Notes: generated by a model not told the origin, from the sequence alone. 64,000 nucleotides of DNA from Promethearchaeia archaeon (GCA_029856145.1 JAHQWK010000002.1:160001-224000); one strand, 5' to 3'. Positions 38,558 through 48,693 are shown, counted from the first letter of the stretch. A program made the numbers and translations.

Positions 38558-39553
38558 TTACTTTTTTCCTTTTTCAATAAAATCTTTATACCATTTTATG
38601 GTTTGTTCTAATCCTTCTCTTAAAGGGGTAATTTTATATCCCAGTTTTTCAATTGCTTTTTCAGAGGAGTATGACCAATTATGATTTATCATTTTGACGG
38701 TTGGTCTATTGATATATGGCATTTTTTTAGTCATCTTTGTTTTGAATTCACAAAATAATGCATACATTGTTCCAAAACTCATTGGAAAATGGCGTGGGTT
38801 TTTCTTATTTCCTGCTATTTCAGCAATTAAATCCATCCAATCTCGAAATTTTACGTTAACTCCCCCAAGTATGAAATGTTCGCCTTTTAAGTCGTTTCGA
38901 TCAATAACACTTACAATTCCATCAATAATATCATTCACATATACGAAATTTCCGATATTATCTCCTTTTCCAGGGCATCCTAAGAATTTCCTTGCTGTGA
39001 TGTCTAAAATTGTTTGGCCAAAAATATTAAAATCTCCAGGCCCATAAACTATTCCTGGATAAAAAATGGTCGCATTAAGACCTTTATTAAGGTATTCTTT
39101 AATTAATTTTTTGGCTTGGAATTTTGTTTTTGCATAATCAAGATATAACCCATCCTCACTCTCATAAGTTTCATCTACAGGATCAATTGGTGTTGCACCT
39201 AAAGCAATAAATGAACTGATATATAAGAATCGAATTTTTTTTTCTAATGCAATTTTGGCAATATTTTCGGTGCCTTTTATATTTGTATCTTCAATTATTG
39301 TTTTATCTTTTGCCCACATTCTAGTGTATGCTGCGAGGTGATAAATTATGTCAATATTATTTACAGCTTGATTTAAACTATCAATATCTTGAATATTACC
39401 GGTAATATATTCAATATTATTTAAATCTTCAAAAGGAGTTATATCACTACTCTCTCTTATCAATAGCTTTAAGTTATGTCCTAAACTATTTAGCTTTTTT
39501 ACCAAAGGAACTCCAATAAAACCCGTACCACCAGTTATTAATATATTTGCCAT
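38558..39553 (-). CDS. NAD-dependent epimerase/dehydratase (extended SDR)
   Basis: TGGTGFIG, YHLAA, YAKTK, VYGPGD. Confidence 0.9.
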   Translation of the reverse strand: MANILITGGTGFIGVPLVKKLNSLGHNLKLLIRESSDITPFEDLNNIEYITGNIQDIDSLNQAVNNIDIIYHLAAYTRMWAKDKTIIEDTNIKGTENIAKIALEKKIRFLYISSFIALGATPIDPVDETYESEDGLYLDYAKTKFQAKKLIKEYLNKGLNATIFYPGIVYGPGDFNIFGQTILDITARKFLGCPGKGDNIGNFVYVNDIIDGIVSVIDRNDLKGEHFILGGVNVKFRDWMDLIAEIAGNKKNPRHFPMSFGTMYALFCEFKTKMTKKMPYINRPTVKMINHNWSYSSEKAIEKLGYKITPLREGLEQTIKWYKDFIEKGKK

Positions 39554-39780
39554 GACTATAATGTTAATGTAATAAAAAGAAATTTTAAAATAATATAAGG
39601 TTACATCGTATTAAAGTTAGATCTTAGAGGTGTATAGGTTTTACACCTTTTAATATTAGGAAACCTCGGAATAAATAATAAAGTTTTTTCTTGTCAATTT
39701 CAGAAGGCATTTATTAAAGAAATTCAATTAATATATCTTAGATCTGCCTAAATTTTAACTAAAAGATTAATGAGAATAGA

Positions 39781-40338
39781 TTGAAAAAGAAGCAAAAGAT
39801 TTTTGAGAAATTTCATTCACAATTAGATTTACCCTTTCTAGAGACAGACAATGAATTATTAGAAGAAATATTTCAAACGCTAGAAGCGAAATTCGGGTTA
39901 AAAACGAATTCAAATCAAAAATTTGTTGATTTGGGTGCGGGAAATGGAAATATTGTTATTTATACTGCTTTAAATTATAATATTAAATCCTATGGAATTG
40001 AAATTGTTCATAACTTAATTAATGAAGCAAAAATCAAGATAAAATCATTGAAAAAAGAAGGAATTTATAATAAAAGCTTGTTAAAAAAAATAAAGATAAA
40101 ATTAGGAGATTTTTATTTACTTAATTTAAAGGATTATGATTTTATATACATCTACTCATTACCTTCAATGCAAAAATTTCTCCAACACGTTTTTATTACT
40201 GCTAAAAAAGGAGCAATAATAATATCGCACAAATATCAACTCGAAGGGTTCAAGTATTTATTGAAGGATGAATACAGACTAGCTCATAAGAATGATAAAC
40301 AAGAAATTTATTCCTTTTTTTATAAGAAAATCTCATGA
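39781..40338 (+). CDS. class I SAM-dependent methyltransferase (FAM173/DOT1-like protein lysine methyltransferase type)
   Basis: LPFLET, VDLGAGNG, GIEI, GDF, YIY, ISH. Confidence 0.78.
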   Translation: MKKKQKIFEKFHSQLDLPFLETDNELLEEIFQTLEAKFGLKTNSNQKFVDLGAGNGNIVIYTALNYNIKSYGIEIVHNLINEAKIKIKSLKKEGIYNKSLLKKIKIKLGDFYLLNLKDYDFIYIYSLPSMQKFLQHVFITAKKGAIIISHKYQLEGFKYLLKDEYRLAHKNDKQEIYSFFYKKIS

Positions 40339-40501
40339 AATAGAGAGGATTTTCGTGAAGAGATTACTCTTATATCAATTATTCAACAAATATTACATTC
40401 TTTTAATACAACAAAAAATATAATTATAAATAAAACCAAAATAAATAAATATATAATTTTAAAAATTGAATAATTTTACTATAAAATAAGGTGTAAAATG
40501 A

Positions 40502-41200
40502 ATGGTATCTGAATTAGGTTTACTAGATGGTTTGACCGCTTCTTTAATTATTCTGTCATCAACGACGTTTGGATTATTATCATTATACAAGTCAATAAAA
40601 ATGAAGGCTAAACTCCTTACAATTGCTGCAATGACGATGTTTTTTGTTGGATGTTTCTGGTTAGGTCCAACAATAGATTTTTTTATGGAAGTAATATGGC
40701 AAACGAATATTACTCCAATTCATTTCTATGCACTTCTTAGCTACTTGTGGGTTGCTCCAGCTTTACTCTTCTCAATGTTGCTTGGTGGTGAACTCCTATT
40801 CCCAAAAAAGAAATGGATTATTGTAGGAATATATTTAATTTTAGGGATTGTTTTTGAGTACTTTCTATGGTTTCAAACATATGAATCATTTATATTCACT
40901 CCTCCTTCATCTCCGGGTGATTTAATTGATGCAAGTTTTGTTCGAACTCATCCAACATTTTTATTGGTTGCATTTTTTCTAGTGTCTGTTCTTGTATTTT
41001 TAGGTATTGGTTTTGCAATAAAAGCGAAGCAATCCACAGGACAATTGAGAAGAAAATTTATATATTTGTCTATAGGATTTACAATATTTGTAATATGCGG
41101 TGCTCTAGATTCAATTCTTACTATCCCTGTTGCTATAGGAGTTGTAAGAGTTGTAATGGCTACTTTTGCAGGCTTTATGTATCTCGGTTTAAAGACTTAA
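40502..41200 (+). CDS. approximately 7-TM membrane protein
   Basis: About seven hydrophobic segments; GGTG SD. Confidence 0.7.
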   Translation: MVSELGLLDGLTASLIILSSTTFGLLSLYKSIKMKAKLLTIAAMTMFFVGCFWLGPTIDFFMEVIWQTNITPIHFYALLSYLWVAPALLFSMLLGGELLFPKKKWIIVGIYLILGIVFEYFLWFQTYESFIFTPPSSPGDLIDASFVRTHPTFLLVAFFLVSVLVFLGIGFAIKAKQSTGQLRRKFIYLSIGFTIFVICGALDSILTIPVAIGVVRVVMATFAGFMYLGLKT

Positions 41201-41295
41201 AGAAAAAGACAAACCCGTTGAGTTAGCGGTTATAATTAAATCTCCTTTCTTTTTTTTAATTTTATATCATATAATTTACTGCAACCTCTACTGGT

Positions 41296-41640
41296 TCAAG
41301 CTTCATTAATTTTTTTAAGGAGTTCTTTCAAAAACAATTTCATGAAATATCTTTGATTATTACAGAAATCAAGTTTTTGTGTATTAGTTAATTCTGAGCA
41401 ATTAGATAAAATCGAGTGAATATCGTTCGAAATCGCGAGATATTCATCTTTTGATCCGCCTAAAACATATTGCGAACTTAGAATTTCGTTATTATTAATT
41501 TTACTAAAAGAAGATTCTTTATTCTCAACAAAACTTTCAATTGGAAATTTCTCTTTATATTCACTGAGAGAGGTAATCAATAGATCTGAAATGTATTTAA
41601 ATGACTCTTTTGAATCTATATGATTAAATAACTCCGACAT
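41296..41640 (-). CDS. hypothetical protein
   Basis: 114-aa ORF with ATG start. Confidence 0.5.
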   Translation of the reverse strand: MSELFNHIDSKESFKYISDLLITSLSEYKEKFPIESFVENKESSFSKINNNEILSSQYVLGGSKDEYLAISNDIHSILSNCSELTNTQKLDFCNNQRYFMKLFLKELLKKINEA

Positions 41641-42010
41641 GAGATTAGAAATTATATTATTATTTAAATTTTGAAAACCATTATGGTTAAAATGATTCGA
41701 TTTCCCTAAGTTCGGATTTTTCTCAAAAGAGAGATTAGAGTAATCTTTATTGATAATGCCTTTTGAAATTATACTTCATCTCGGAGATAGTTCAATTTGA
41801 TATATGTAAAACCGATCTGGTATTTAAAAAAAAAGCCTCTCTGAATTTAGTGGAAATATGACAAGAATAATAAAATAAAGAAAAGGGATTTGTATCTCAG
41901 ATGTAAAAATTGTTATTATCTTCCAGAAAATTCAATTGGATTAAAGTTGTCTTAAAATTATCAAAAGAATAAATGAAAAAAGAAAAAATGTAATAAATTT
42001 TAAGAGAAAA

Positions 42011-42577
42011 TTAAAGATTAGACCCACAATTTGGGCAGAAATTTCCACTTGATTCTATTTTATGACCACAATAAACACAATAGTTTTTTCCTTCTGTTGG
42101 TAAGGGCTCATCCATCTTTTTAGGGGGAGCGATATATTCAGTCGCAGGAGTATATGTTATTGGTTGACCTAAGATAATTTGTCCTGATTCAGCATCAAAA
42201 CTATATTTTAATATTCCTCTATTTCTTAGATCTAATAGCACACGAAGTAATACTCCTGGTTTCATACCAATTTCCAGGGCGATATGCTCTAGTTTATAGG
42301 TCCCTTGAAAGTTACGTTGGGCAACAGCATTCTTAACAACTTGTTTATATTTATAATTCCTATAAAGTTGTTCAAATCCTCCAATAAATATAAAAAAAGC
42401 GGGTATAAAAAGCCAGTAACCCCACCCTGAAAGTCCTATAAATGAAATGTTAAAAGCTAGGAAAAACAACGACAAAATAGCAACAAAAAGAAAAACTATA
42501 GCAACTGCGAATGTTCCGATAGCTGCTTCATAAGATTCCTTGTAATAATAACGATGTTTATATTTATCTTGACTCAT
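42011..42577 (-). CDS. membrane protein with winged-helix domain and C-terminal zinc ribbon
   Basis: 2 TM; LEHIALEIGM..LLDLRNRG; CVYC...CPNC. Confidence 0.7.
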   Translation of the reverse strand: MSQDKYKHRYYYKESYEAAIGTFAVAIVFLFVAILSLFFLAFNISFIGLSGWGYWLFIPAFFIFIGGFEQLYRNYKYKQVVKNAVAQRNFQGTYKLEHIALEIGMKPGVLLRVLLDLRNRGILKYSFDAESGQIILGQPITYTPATEYIAPPKKMDEPLPTEGKNYCVYCGHKIESSGNFCPNCGSNL

Positions 42578-42717
42578 TTTTCTCACTTAATATTTTAGTA
42601 ATAGATTTTATTATAGTTATAAATAAAAATACTTTGTTTTTATTACATATATAGTCCAATTTTTAAAAGTACGATAAATGAAAGATTCATCTTTATGAGT
42701 AAGATTAAATTATAAAC

Positions 42718-42820
42718 CTCCTAAAATAAGAGAGAAAATTTGAGAAGAGTTTTTTCGAAGGGAAACGAGATTAGCGAATGATTTAATTAGAAATTCTTCT
42801 CATATTCTCTCATGTAGGAG
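42718..42820 (+). other. long imperfect intergenic hairpin, candidate structured RNA
   Basis: Stacked stems CTCCTA/TAGGAG, GAGAGAA/TTCTCTC and TGAGAAGAGTTT/AAATTCTTCTCA; G-U pairs favour the + strand. Confidence 0.45.
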
Positions 42821-42886
42821 AAGGTAATTTAAAAAAACAATTATTTTTCTTTATTTTTATTTTTAAACTCCTAACTTTTTTGTAAA

Positions 42887-43402
42887 CTAGCATTTAATTT
42901 TATCTAAAATATTGTCAATATAATGAACATTTTCCTTTCCAGCCTCATCTATTAATAACCGTGAGATTGATTTCTTAAAACTCCAGATTTCAATTTCTTT
43001 TTTTAATTCTTTTAATTTTTTTACAACATCTAAAAAATCTGAGTCTCCACTTACCAATATTGCTTTATCATATGTATCATCTTCAGCTAATTCTACAATA
43101 TCTTTATATATAAAGACATCAACACCCTTTTGTTTTTTTATACCAGTTGGAGAGATAATAACTGGTTTTGGTTGGATTACAAAACCCTGAGCTTTTAAAT
43201 AATTTAAAAAATTGAGTTTTTTTGGTAAAATCTTATTAGGGATTCCCATATACATAAAAAGTCCAACTAAATGATGATTATTAGTAAAAATATCTTTAAG
43301 CTTTAAATAATTAATCCGTATGTTCAGATTTTCGATATTATGGAATAAATTTGCGTGATCAATAAAAATTATTACTCGCTTTCTTTCGAGACTTTGATTC
43401 AC
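42887..43402 (-). CDS. NYN domain (LabA/DUF88, PIN-like) protein
   Basis: FIDHAN, QKGVDV, LVSGDSDF. Confidence 0.9.
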   Translation of the reverse strand: MNQSLERKRVIIFIDHANLFHNIENLNIRINYLKLKDIFTNNHHLVGLFMYMGIPNKILPKKLNFLNYLKAQGFVIQPKPVIISPTGIKKQKGVDVFIYKDIVELAEDDTYDKAILVSGDSDFLDVVKKLKELKKEIEIWSFKKSISRLLIDEAGKENVHYIDNILDKIKC

Positions 43403-43540
43403 TCTTGGAATCCCTTTATTTTTTCTTTTATTTTAATTTGCATGGAATTCTTAATTCAATAACACTTCTATTATCTAATATAAAAAGGCGTATTTTTTTT
43501 GAGAATTGGAAAGTAAGAATTGTGGATTGTAAATTATATT

Positions 43541-44299
43541 TTATAGATCCTTGTTGTCATTAACCAATTCACTCAACCAACCTGAATTTTCTTTTAATTT
43601 CTCATAGGTGTTCTTATCTCCAAAGTCCCCTCTAAATTGATTTTTTTTCAATTTAATAACTCGAATTTTCCACTTTCTTGTATTAATTCCAATCTTTAAT
43701 GCAGCAGTTAATTCAATTTCACCACGCTTAGATGGTTTAAGATTATTTAAAACCTCAAAAATTTCTTTTGAAAAGATAAAAATTCCAGAATTATTTAGAT
43801 TTGATTTAGATTTACCTTTAGGTGGCTTTTCTACGATGTCCAAACAGAAATTATTTCTTGTATAAACTGCTGCTCCCAGATACGGATCACTAGTATAGTT
43901 TGAAACTAAAATAAAATTATGGTGTTTTTGGTTAAAAAGACTCAAAATATCTTTATATATAGAATACGGTACTAATATATCTCCCCATGTTAGAAAAAAA
44001 TGTGAGTTTTTAATGACTTTTTCACATTCTAATAAAGCCCCTCCTGTGCCGTTTAACTTTTTTTGTTCAATATATTCTAAATTGATATTCCAATTCTCTC
44101 CATTTTTAAAATAGTCGATAATTTGTTCTTTTTTATATCCTACAACCAAAATAAAATCTTTAAACCCCGCATATATTAAACCATTTAATATATATTCTAA
44201 AAGAGGTTTGTTATGAATGGGGAGCATTGATTTCTGAAAAGTATCTGTATATGGTTTTAGACGTTTTCCATAACCGGCACATAGAATTACTCCTTTCAA
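43541..44299 (-). CDS. sugar-phosphate nucleotidyltransferase
   Basis: ILCAGYGKRLKP.T..K, WGD, VEKP, SKRGEIELT. Confidence 0.88.
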   Translation of the reverse strand: MKGVILCAGYGKRLKPYTDTFQKSMLPIHNKPLLEYILNGLIYAGFKDFILVVGYKKEQIIDYFKNGENWNINLEYIEQKKLNGTGGALLECEKVIKNSHFFLTWGDILVPYSIYKDILSLFNQKHHNFILVSNYTSDPYLGAAVYTRNNFCLDIVEKPPKGKSKSNLNNSGIFIFSKEIFEVLNNLKPSKRGEIELTAALKIGINTRKWKIRVIKLKKNQFRGDFGDKNTYEKLKENSGWLSELVNDNKDL

Positions 44300-44520
44300 T
44301 ATATATCGACTCTATAACTAGTTTTATATTATATTGATATTCAACTTATATGAAAATACTATATGGAACACCTAGATAATCATTTTTTATGATCAATTAT
44401 ATTATTCACATATCACTGAAGTATTATAATTCTTTTTTTTTCCAATTTCGTAGATAATATTAATCGGATAAAAGCAGCAACAGTATTTTTAAAAAGAAAC
44501 GATATAATATTCTGAGATTA

Positions 44521-45270
44521 ATGATTTGCGATGTTCTCATAATTAAGGATGGATTACCACTATTATCTAAGAGTCTCTGTAATTCTACTAATATTAAAAA
44601 TTTGTTTTCAGAAATAGATAACCTAATAATGGTATCTGGGTTTTTTTCAGCATTAAATTCGTTTTCTGATTCATTTGATGACTTAGGAACTATAAGCGAA
44701 TTAAAACTTTCGAATAATAATCTGAAACTCTCTTTTTTAAAAGATTTAAACATTCCTGATTTAATTTACCTTGCTTCTTATGATAAAAATTCAAAACATA
44801 TTGATGTAAAAAGATTTTTAAAAAAAATCTCTGAATCTTTTTTAAAAGAATTTAATATAGATCAAATTTTAAAGTGGAATGGAAGATTAGACAGTTTTAA
44901 ATCATTTGGTAATGTAATTGAACGATTTATTGAAGAAGAGGAGAGAACCAAAAAAGCTCAATATAATGATCAAGTCGTTGATTGGCTAAGAAGTTTTGAA
45001 AACGAAGCAGATAAAGGCCCAAAACAAAGAACCGAATCAGAAATAGTTGAATCAATTCCGGAATACTATGATTATATCCCAATTTTCACTAGCACCAAAA
45101 AAATTAATCCAAAATATTATTTAACAGGAGAAAAATCATTCAAGGTTTATAATCATATAGATGGGAAAAAATCGATCATCCAAATATCAAACCAATTAAA
45201 TATTCAGCAAAATAAAGTGTATAATATATGTAAAAACCTTATCAAGATGGGTTTTATCTCATTAAACTAA
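44521..45270 (+). CDS. longin-like domain protein with C-terminal winged helix (eukaryotic-signature-like)
   Basis: LIIKDGLPL, MVSGFFSALNSFS, WNGRLDSFKSF; IDGKKSIIQIS...LIKMGFI. Confidence 0.72.
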   Translation: MICDVLIIKDGLPLLSKSLCNSTNIKNLFSEIDNLIMVSGFFSALNSFSDSFDDLGTISELKLSNNNLKLSFLKDLNIPDLIYLASYDKNSKHIDVKRFLKKISESFLKEFNIDQILKWNGRLDSFKSFGNVIERFIEEEERTKKAQYNDQVVDWLRSFENEADKGPKQRTESEIVESIPEYYDYIPIFTSTKKINPKYYLTGEKSFKVYNHIDGKKSIIQISNQLNIQQNKVYNICKNLIKMGFISLN

Positions 45271-45446
45271 TTATTTCATTAAATTAATTTATTACATTAT
45301 TTCCATAAATTTTTTTACCACAAAACTTATTGTTCTGTTTTGTTACACCCTCAATCACAAATTTTTCTTCCCTAGTATATTAATACCATCATTTTCTTAT
45401 TACAATAGAGTAAAGAATCTTAATAGCAGGCGTTTTGGTGTAAAAA

Positions 45447-47567
45447 ATTTCCGTATCCTCAATTGATCCTTCATCTATAGATACTCTTATAGAAGAGTTA
45501 AAAATCGCAACAGGAATGAAATTTGAACATTATCAAAGAAAATTTCTTGAAAAACGTATTGATTTTAGGATGAAGAACTTAAATCTAAATTACTATCAAG
45601 ATTACATAAAATATATTCGTGAAAATCCTGTTGAAGTTGATTTGTTTTTAGATAAATTTACGATTAACTATACTTATTTTTTTAGAAATTATAATATTTT
45701 TAAGAATTTCGAGAATTATATCAAATTCTATGTCAGTTACACCAATAGACCACTTCGTATATGGTCAGCGCCTTGTGCTACTGGAGATGAACCATATACA
45801 ATAGCAATGATATTAGAGCAGATGAAAAAGAATAATAAAAATTTTCCTGATTTTGAAATTGTAGCTTCAGATATTGATCCCGCTGCCCTTAAAGTGGCAA
45901 AAGAAGGGATTTATGGAGAGTATCCAGTACATGAAACTCCAGAGAACTATTTGAAGTCTTATTTTTCAATACAAGACACTGAACTCGGTCCAAAATTTAT
46001 TTTATCCAAAGAAATTAAAGATAAGGTTGAATTAATTCAAGAGGATATTATTAAGGGTCATCAAAAAAAAGGAAAATATGATTTTATTTTTTGTAGAAAT
46101 TTCTTTATATATATAAATCAATTTGCAAGGGAAAAGTTATTACAAACTTTAGAATCACGGCTTTATGATGGAGGATTATTAATTTTAGGAGGTTCAGAGA
46201 GACTTCCCCTTAAAAATAGTAATTTTAAGTCAATAAATATAAGAGATCGTTTTTATGTTAAAAATTTAACTACTCAAAATGTTGTTTTTAAGAACAAGGT
46301 TCATAATCTATTTAAAAGTTACAAAGTTTCTAAACCTGAGATCAAAAAGCCAGCAAGGAAACATTTAGAACACGCTACTGATGAGGATGTAAAAATAATC
46401 CACACAAAAGCACTAATTAAAACAGTTCCTAAAGATCTTTCAAATAAAGTAAAAATTTCTGAAAATGAAATTAAGAAGAAAAAGTCTAAACCTGATAAAG
46501 AAATCAAAGAATTAAATAAGCTTGAAAGTATAGAAACAGAAGTTAAGATAATTGGAATTGAGATTAATAATGGTTCTAACGGAAATGGCACTAAACTTCA
46601 AAATAATCAATTAAAAGAATCTATGAAAGACATTAGAGAAGAATCTAAAATTTCTTCACTTAAACATTGGGAAAAAAAATTAAGGCAACGAGAATTGCAT
46701 GTGGAGCAACGTGAAAAAGCTATAGAAGAGAGGATTACCTACATAGATGAAAAATATAATAAAATAGAAAGAAAAAGAAAAGAAGTAAACGAATTAGTTA
46801 ATGAACTTAAGGAAAAAGAAGAGGAAGTTAAAAATAGGATAGAAATTTTAGAGCGCCTCACTAAACGAGTAGAACAAAGAGAAAGACTAATAGAACAAAA
46901 AGAAAAACAATTTGAACGCAGAATAAGACAAGTAGGAGATTATACCAGACAAGTTGCACAACAAGAAGTTCAAATAAATGGATTTTCAAAAGATTTTATA
47001 GTAAACGAAGAAAACATTAACAAATATGAAGAAAAACGCATGGATCGAATTGATAAACCAAATGAGAAAAAGGAATTAAATATTCCTATGGGATACTATG
47101 GACTAATTAATTCTTTCGATAAAAATGATGTTGCTACTAATTTTGTAATAAAAGGTTTGGGATCAGGTATATCTTTAATTCTTAAAGATTCAGTGACTAA
47201 TATTTTTGCTTTATCCCATATGTCATTACCTTCTTCATCAGCCTCAAAACAAGGTTATCATTTCCTTTTCCCTCATACATTTGTAGATACTGCAGTTAAA
47301 GATTTATATAATAACCTATTATTTCATGGTGCTAAAAAAACAAATATTCAAGCTTTAATGGTGGGAGGCGCAAAATTATTCCTAGACTATGATATGACAT
47401 ATCAAGAAAATATTGATGCTGTAAAAAAGCAATTAAACACATTTCAAATAGAAGTTGAAGCTGAAGATTTGGGTGGATTAAGTGAAAGAGCAGTTATTTA
47501 CGATACAATAAATGATGCACTTTATGTTAAAAAGACTTGGGAGTTTGAGTATAGAAAAATTAACTAG
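45447..47567 (+). CDS. CheR methyltransferase - coiled coil - CheD-like fusion (start probably ATT 45447; first ATG 45516)
   Basis: TINYTYFFRN, WSAPCATGDEPY, ASDID, IFCRN; long coiled coil; GLGSG, SHMSLP, MVGGA, AEDLGG. Confidence 0.82.
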   Translation: MSVSSIDPSSIDTLIEELKIATGMKFEHYQRKFLEKRIDFRMKNLNLNYYQDYIKYIRENPVEVDLFLDKFTINYTYFFRNYNIFKNFENYIKFYVSYTNRPLRIWSAPCATGDEPYTIAMILEQMKKNNKNFPDFEIVASDIDPAALKVAKEGIYGEYPVHETPENYLKSYFSIQDTELGPKFILSKEIKDKVELIQEDIIKGHQKKGKYDFIFCRNFFIYINQFAREKLLQTLESRLYDGGLLILGGSERLPLKNSNFKSINIRDRFYVKNLTTQNVVFKNKVHNLFKSYKVSKPEIKKPARKHLEHATDEDVKIIHTKALIKTVPKDLSNKVKISENEIKKKKSKPDKEIKELNKLESIETEVKIIGIEINNGSNGNGTKLQNNQLKESMKDIREESKISSLKHWEKKLRQRELHVEQREKAIEERITYIDEKYNKIERKRKEVNELVNELKEKEEEVKNRIEILERLTKRVEQRERLIEQKEKQFERRIRQVGDYTRQVAQQEVQINGFSKDFIVNEENINKYEEKRMDRIDKPNEKKELNIPMGYYGLINSFDKNDVATNFVIKGLGSGISLILKDSVTNIFALSHMSLPSSSASKQGYHFLFPHTFVDTAVKDLYNNLLFHGAKKTNIQALMVGGAKLFLDYDMTYQENIDAVKKQLNTFQIEVEAEDLGGLSERAVIYDTINDALYVKKTWEFEYRKIN

Positions 47568-47618
47568 GATATCTATAAATACTTAGAACACATATAATAA
47601 TCTTCAGTAGATATAATC

Positions 47619-47924
47619 TTAAGGTTGTTTTCTCTTTTGTTGGAATTTTTTTTTCTTGCGTTCTGTATTTTGAATTTCCTCTTCTAACTCATATAATTGC
47701 GAATTAGCTTTTCCTTGTAGTTTAAATTGCCCAATAATTTTACTTTCTTCTCGTTCACCAGTTTTTGATACTTTTTCAAAAGATAATTCTATGGGTAAGT
47801 CTTGTTTTAAGGCTAAATTTATAAAGTTAATAAAACCAATATGTTTACTTGGTGCAATATTGAATTTAATATTCACTTCTTTATTTTTCTTTGTACTGGT
47901 TTTCAAAATAAGGCGTAGTTTCAA
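47619..47924 (-). CDS. hypothetical basic protein
   Basis: 101-aa ORF, TTG start with GGAG SD. Confidence 0.6.
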   Translation of the reverse strand: MKLRLILKTSTKKNKEVNIKFNIAPSKHIGFINFINLALKQDLPIELSFEKVSKTGEREESKIIGQFKLQGKANSQLYELEEEIQNTERKKKKFQQKRKQP

Positions 47925-48049
47925 TGGTTTTCAATCTCCTTCTTGTTTAAATCATTAATTTATATATTTAAAATAACCTAAAATAAAAAAACTATGTTAT
48001 TTTATAATGTGAAATATATTTTAATTTAACCTATAAAATAGTATAAAAT

Positions 48050-48673
48050 ATGCCTTCTAAATTTAGATTAAGATATATTTTTAGGCCACTGGTAAATCTA
48101 ATAGCAAAAGGTTTAATCAGAATTGGTATCACACCAAATTTAGCTACAATCATTATGTTTTGTTTTTCATTCTTAAGCTTTATCTCTTTGGCATTTTTTC
48201 GAAATCTACTATGTTTTTCGATTTTAGTATTTATTACAGGAATTATGGATGGGTGTGATGGAGCAATCGCTCGATTGACTAATAAATCTACAAAATTTGG
48301 CGGCTTTTTTGATTCATTTATGGACAGAACTTCTGAGTTTTTTATATTCTTAGGATTGTATATTTACAGCCAAGATCAATTGCTATGGAATTGTTTTGAT
48401 ATGAAACTCATTATCCTAATATCTTTCTTAGCTTCAATTATGATTAGTTATACTAGAGCAAGAGCAGAAGTATTTTTTAAAGGAGATTTCGATGTTGGAC
48501 TTATGGCAAGATCGGAAAGATTATTATATCTTGTTATAATCTCCATTATCAGTTTTTTTTACGATTTCTTTAATTTATTTTTATTTATCTTTATGTGGCT
48601 TGTGATAGGAACATTTCTTTTTAGGATGATAAATATCTATTACATAATAAAAAAAAGGAATAATCAAATATGA
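48050..48673 (+). CDS. CDP-alcohol phosphatidyltransferase (archaetidylinositol-phosphate synthase-like)
   Basis: ITPN, DGCDGAIAR...STKFGGFFDSFMDR, SYTRARAE. Confidence 0.9.
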   Translation: MPSKFRLRYIFRPLVNLIAKGLIRIGITPNLATIIMFCFSFLSFISLAFFRNLLCFSILVFITGIMDGCDGAIARLTNKSTKFGGFFDSFMDRTSEFFIFLGLYIYSQDQLLWNCFDMKLIILISFLASIMISYTRARAEVFFKGDFDVGLMARSERLLYLVIISIISFFYDFFNLFLFIFMWLVIGTFLFRMINIYYIIKKRNNQI

Positions 48674-48693
48674 TATAAAGAGCACTTTTATGC

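Noticed and set aside
40329-40365. Hairpin with a 3-nt AGA bulge over the methyltransferase stop codon
   Set aside because: Only one bulge, and BHB-register excision would leave the TGA in place; more likely a 3'-end structure.
41850-41955. Short + strand frame containing RCKNCYY
   Set aside because: No convincing start and no recognisable family; cannot be supported as a gene.
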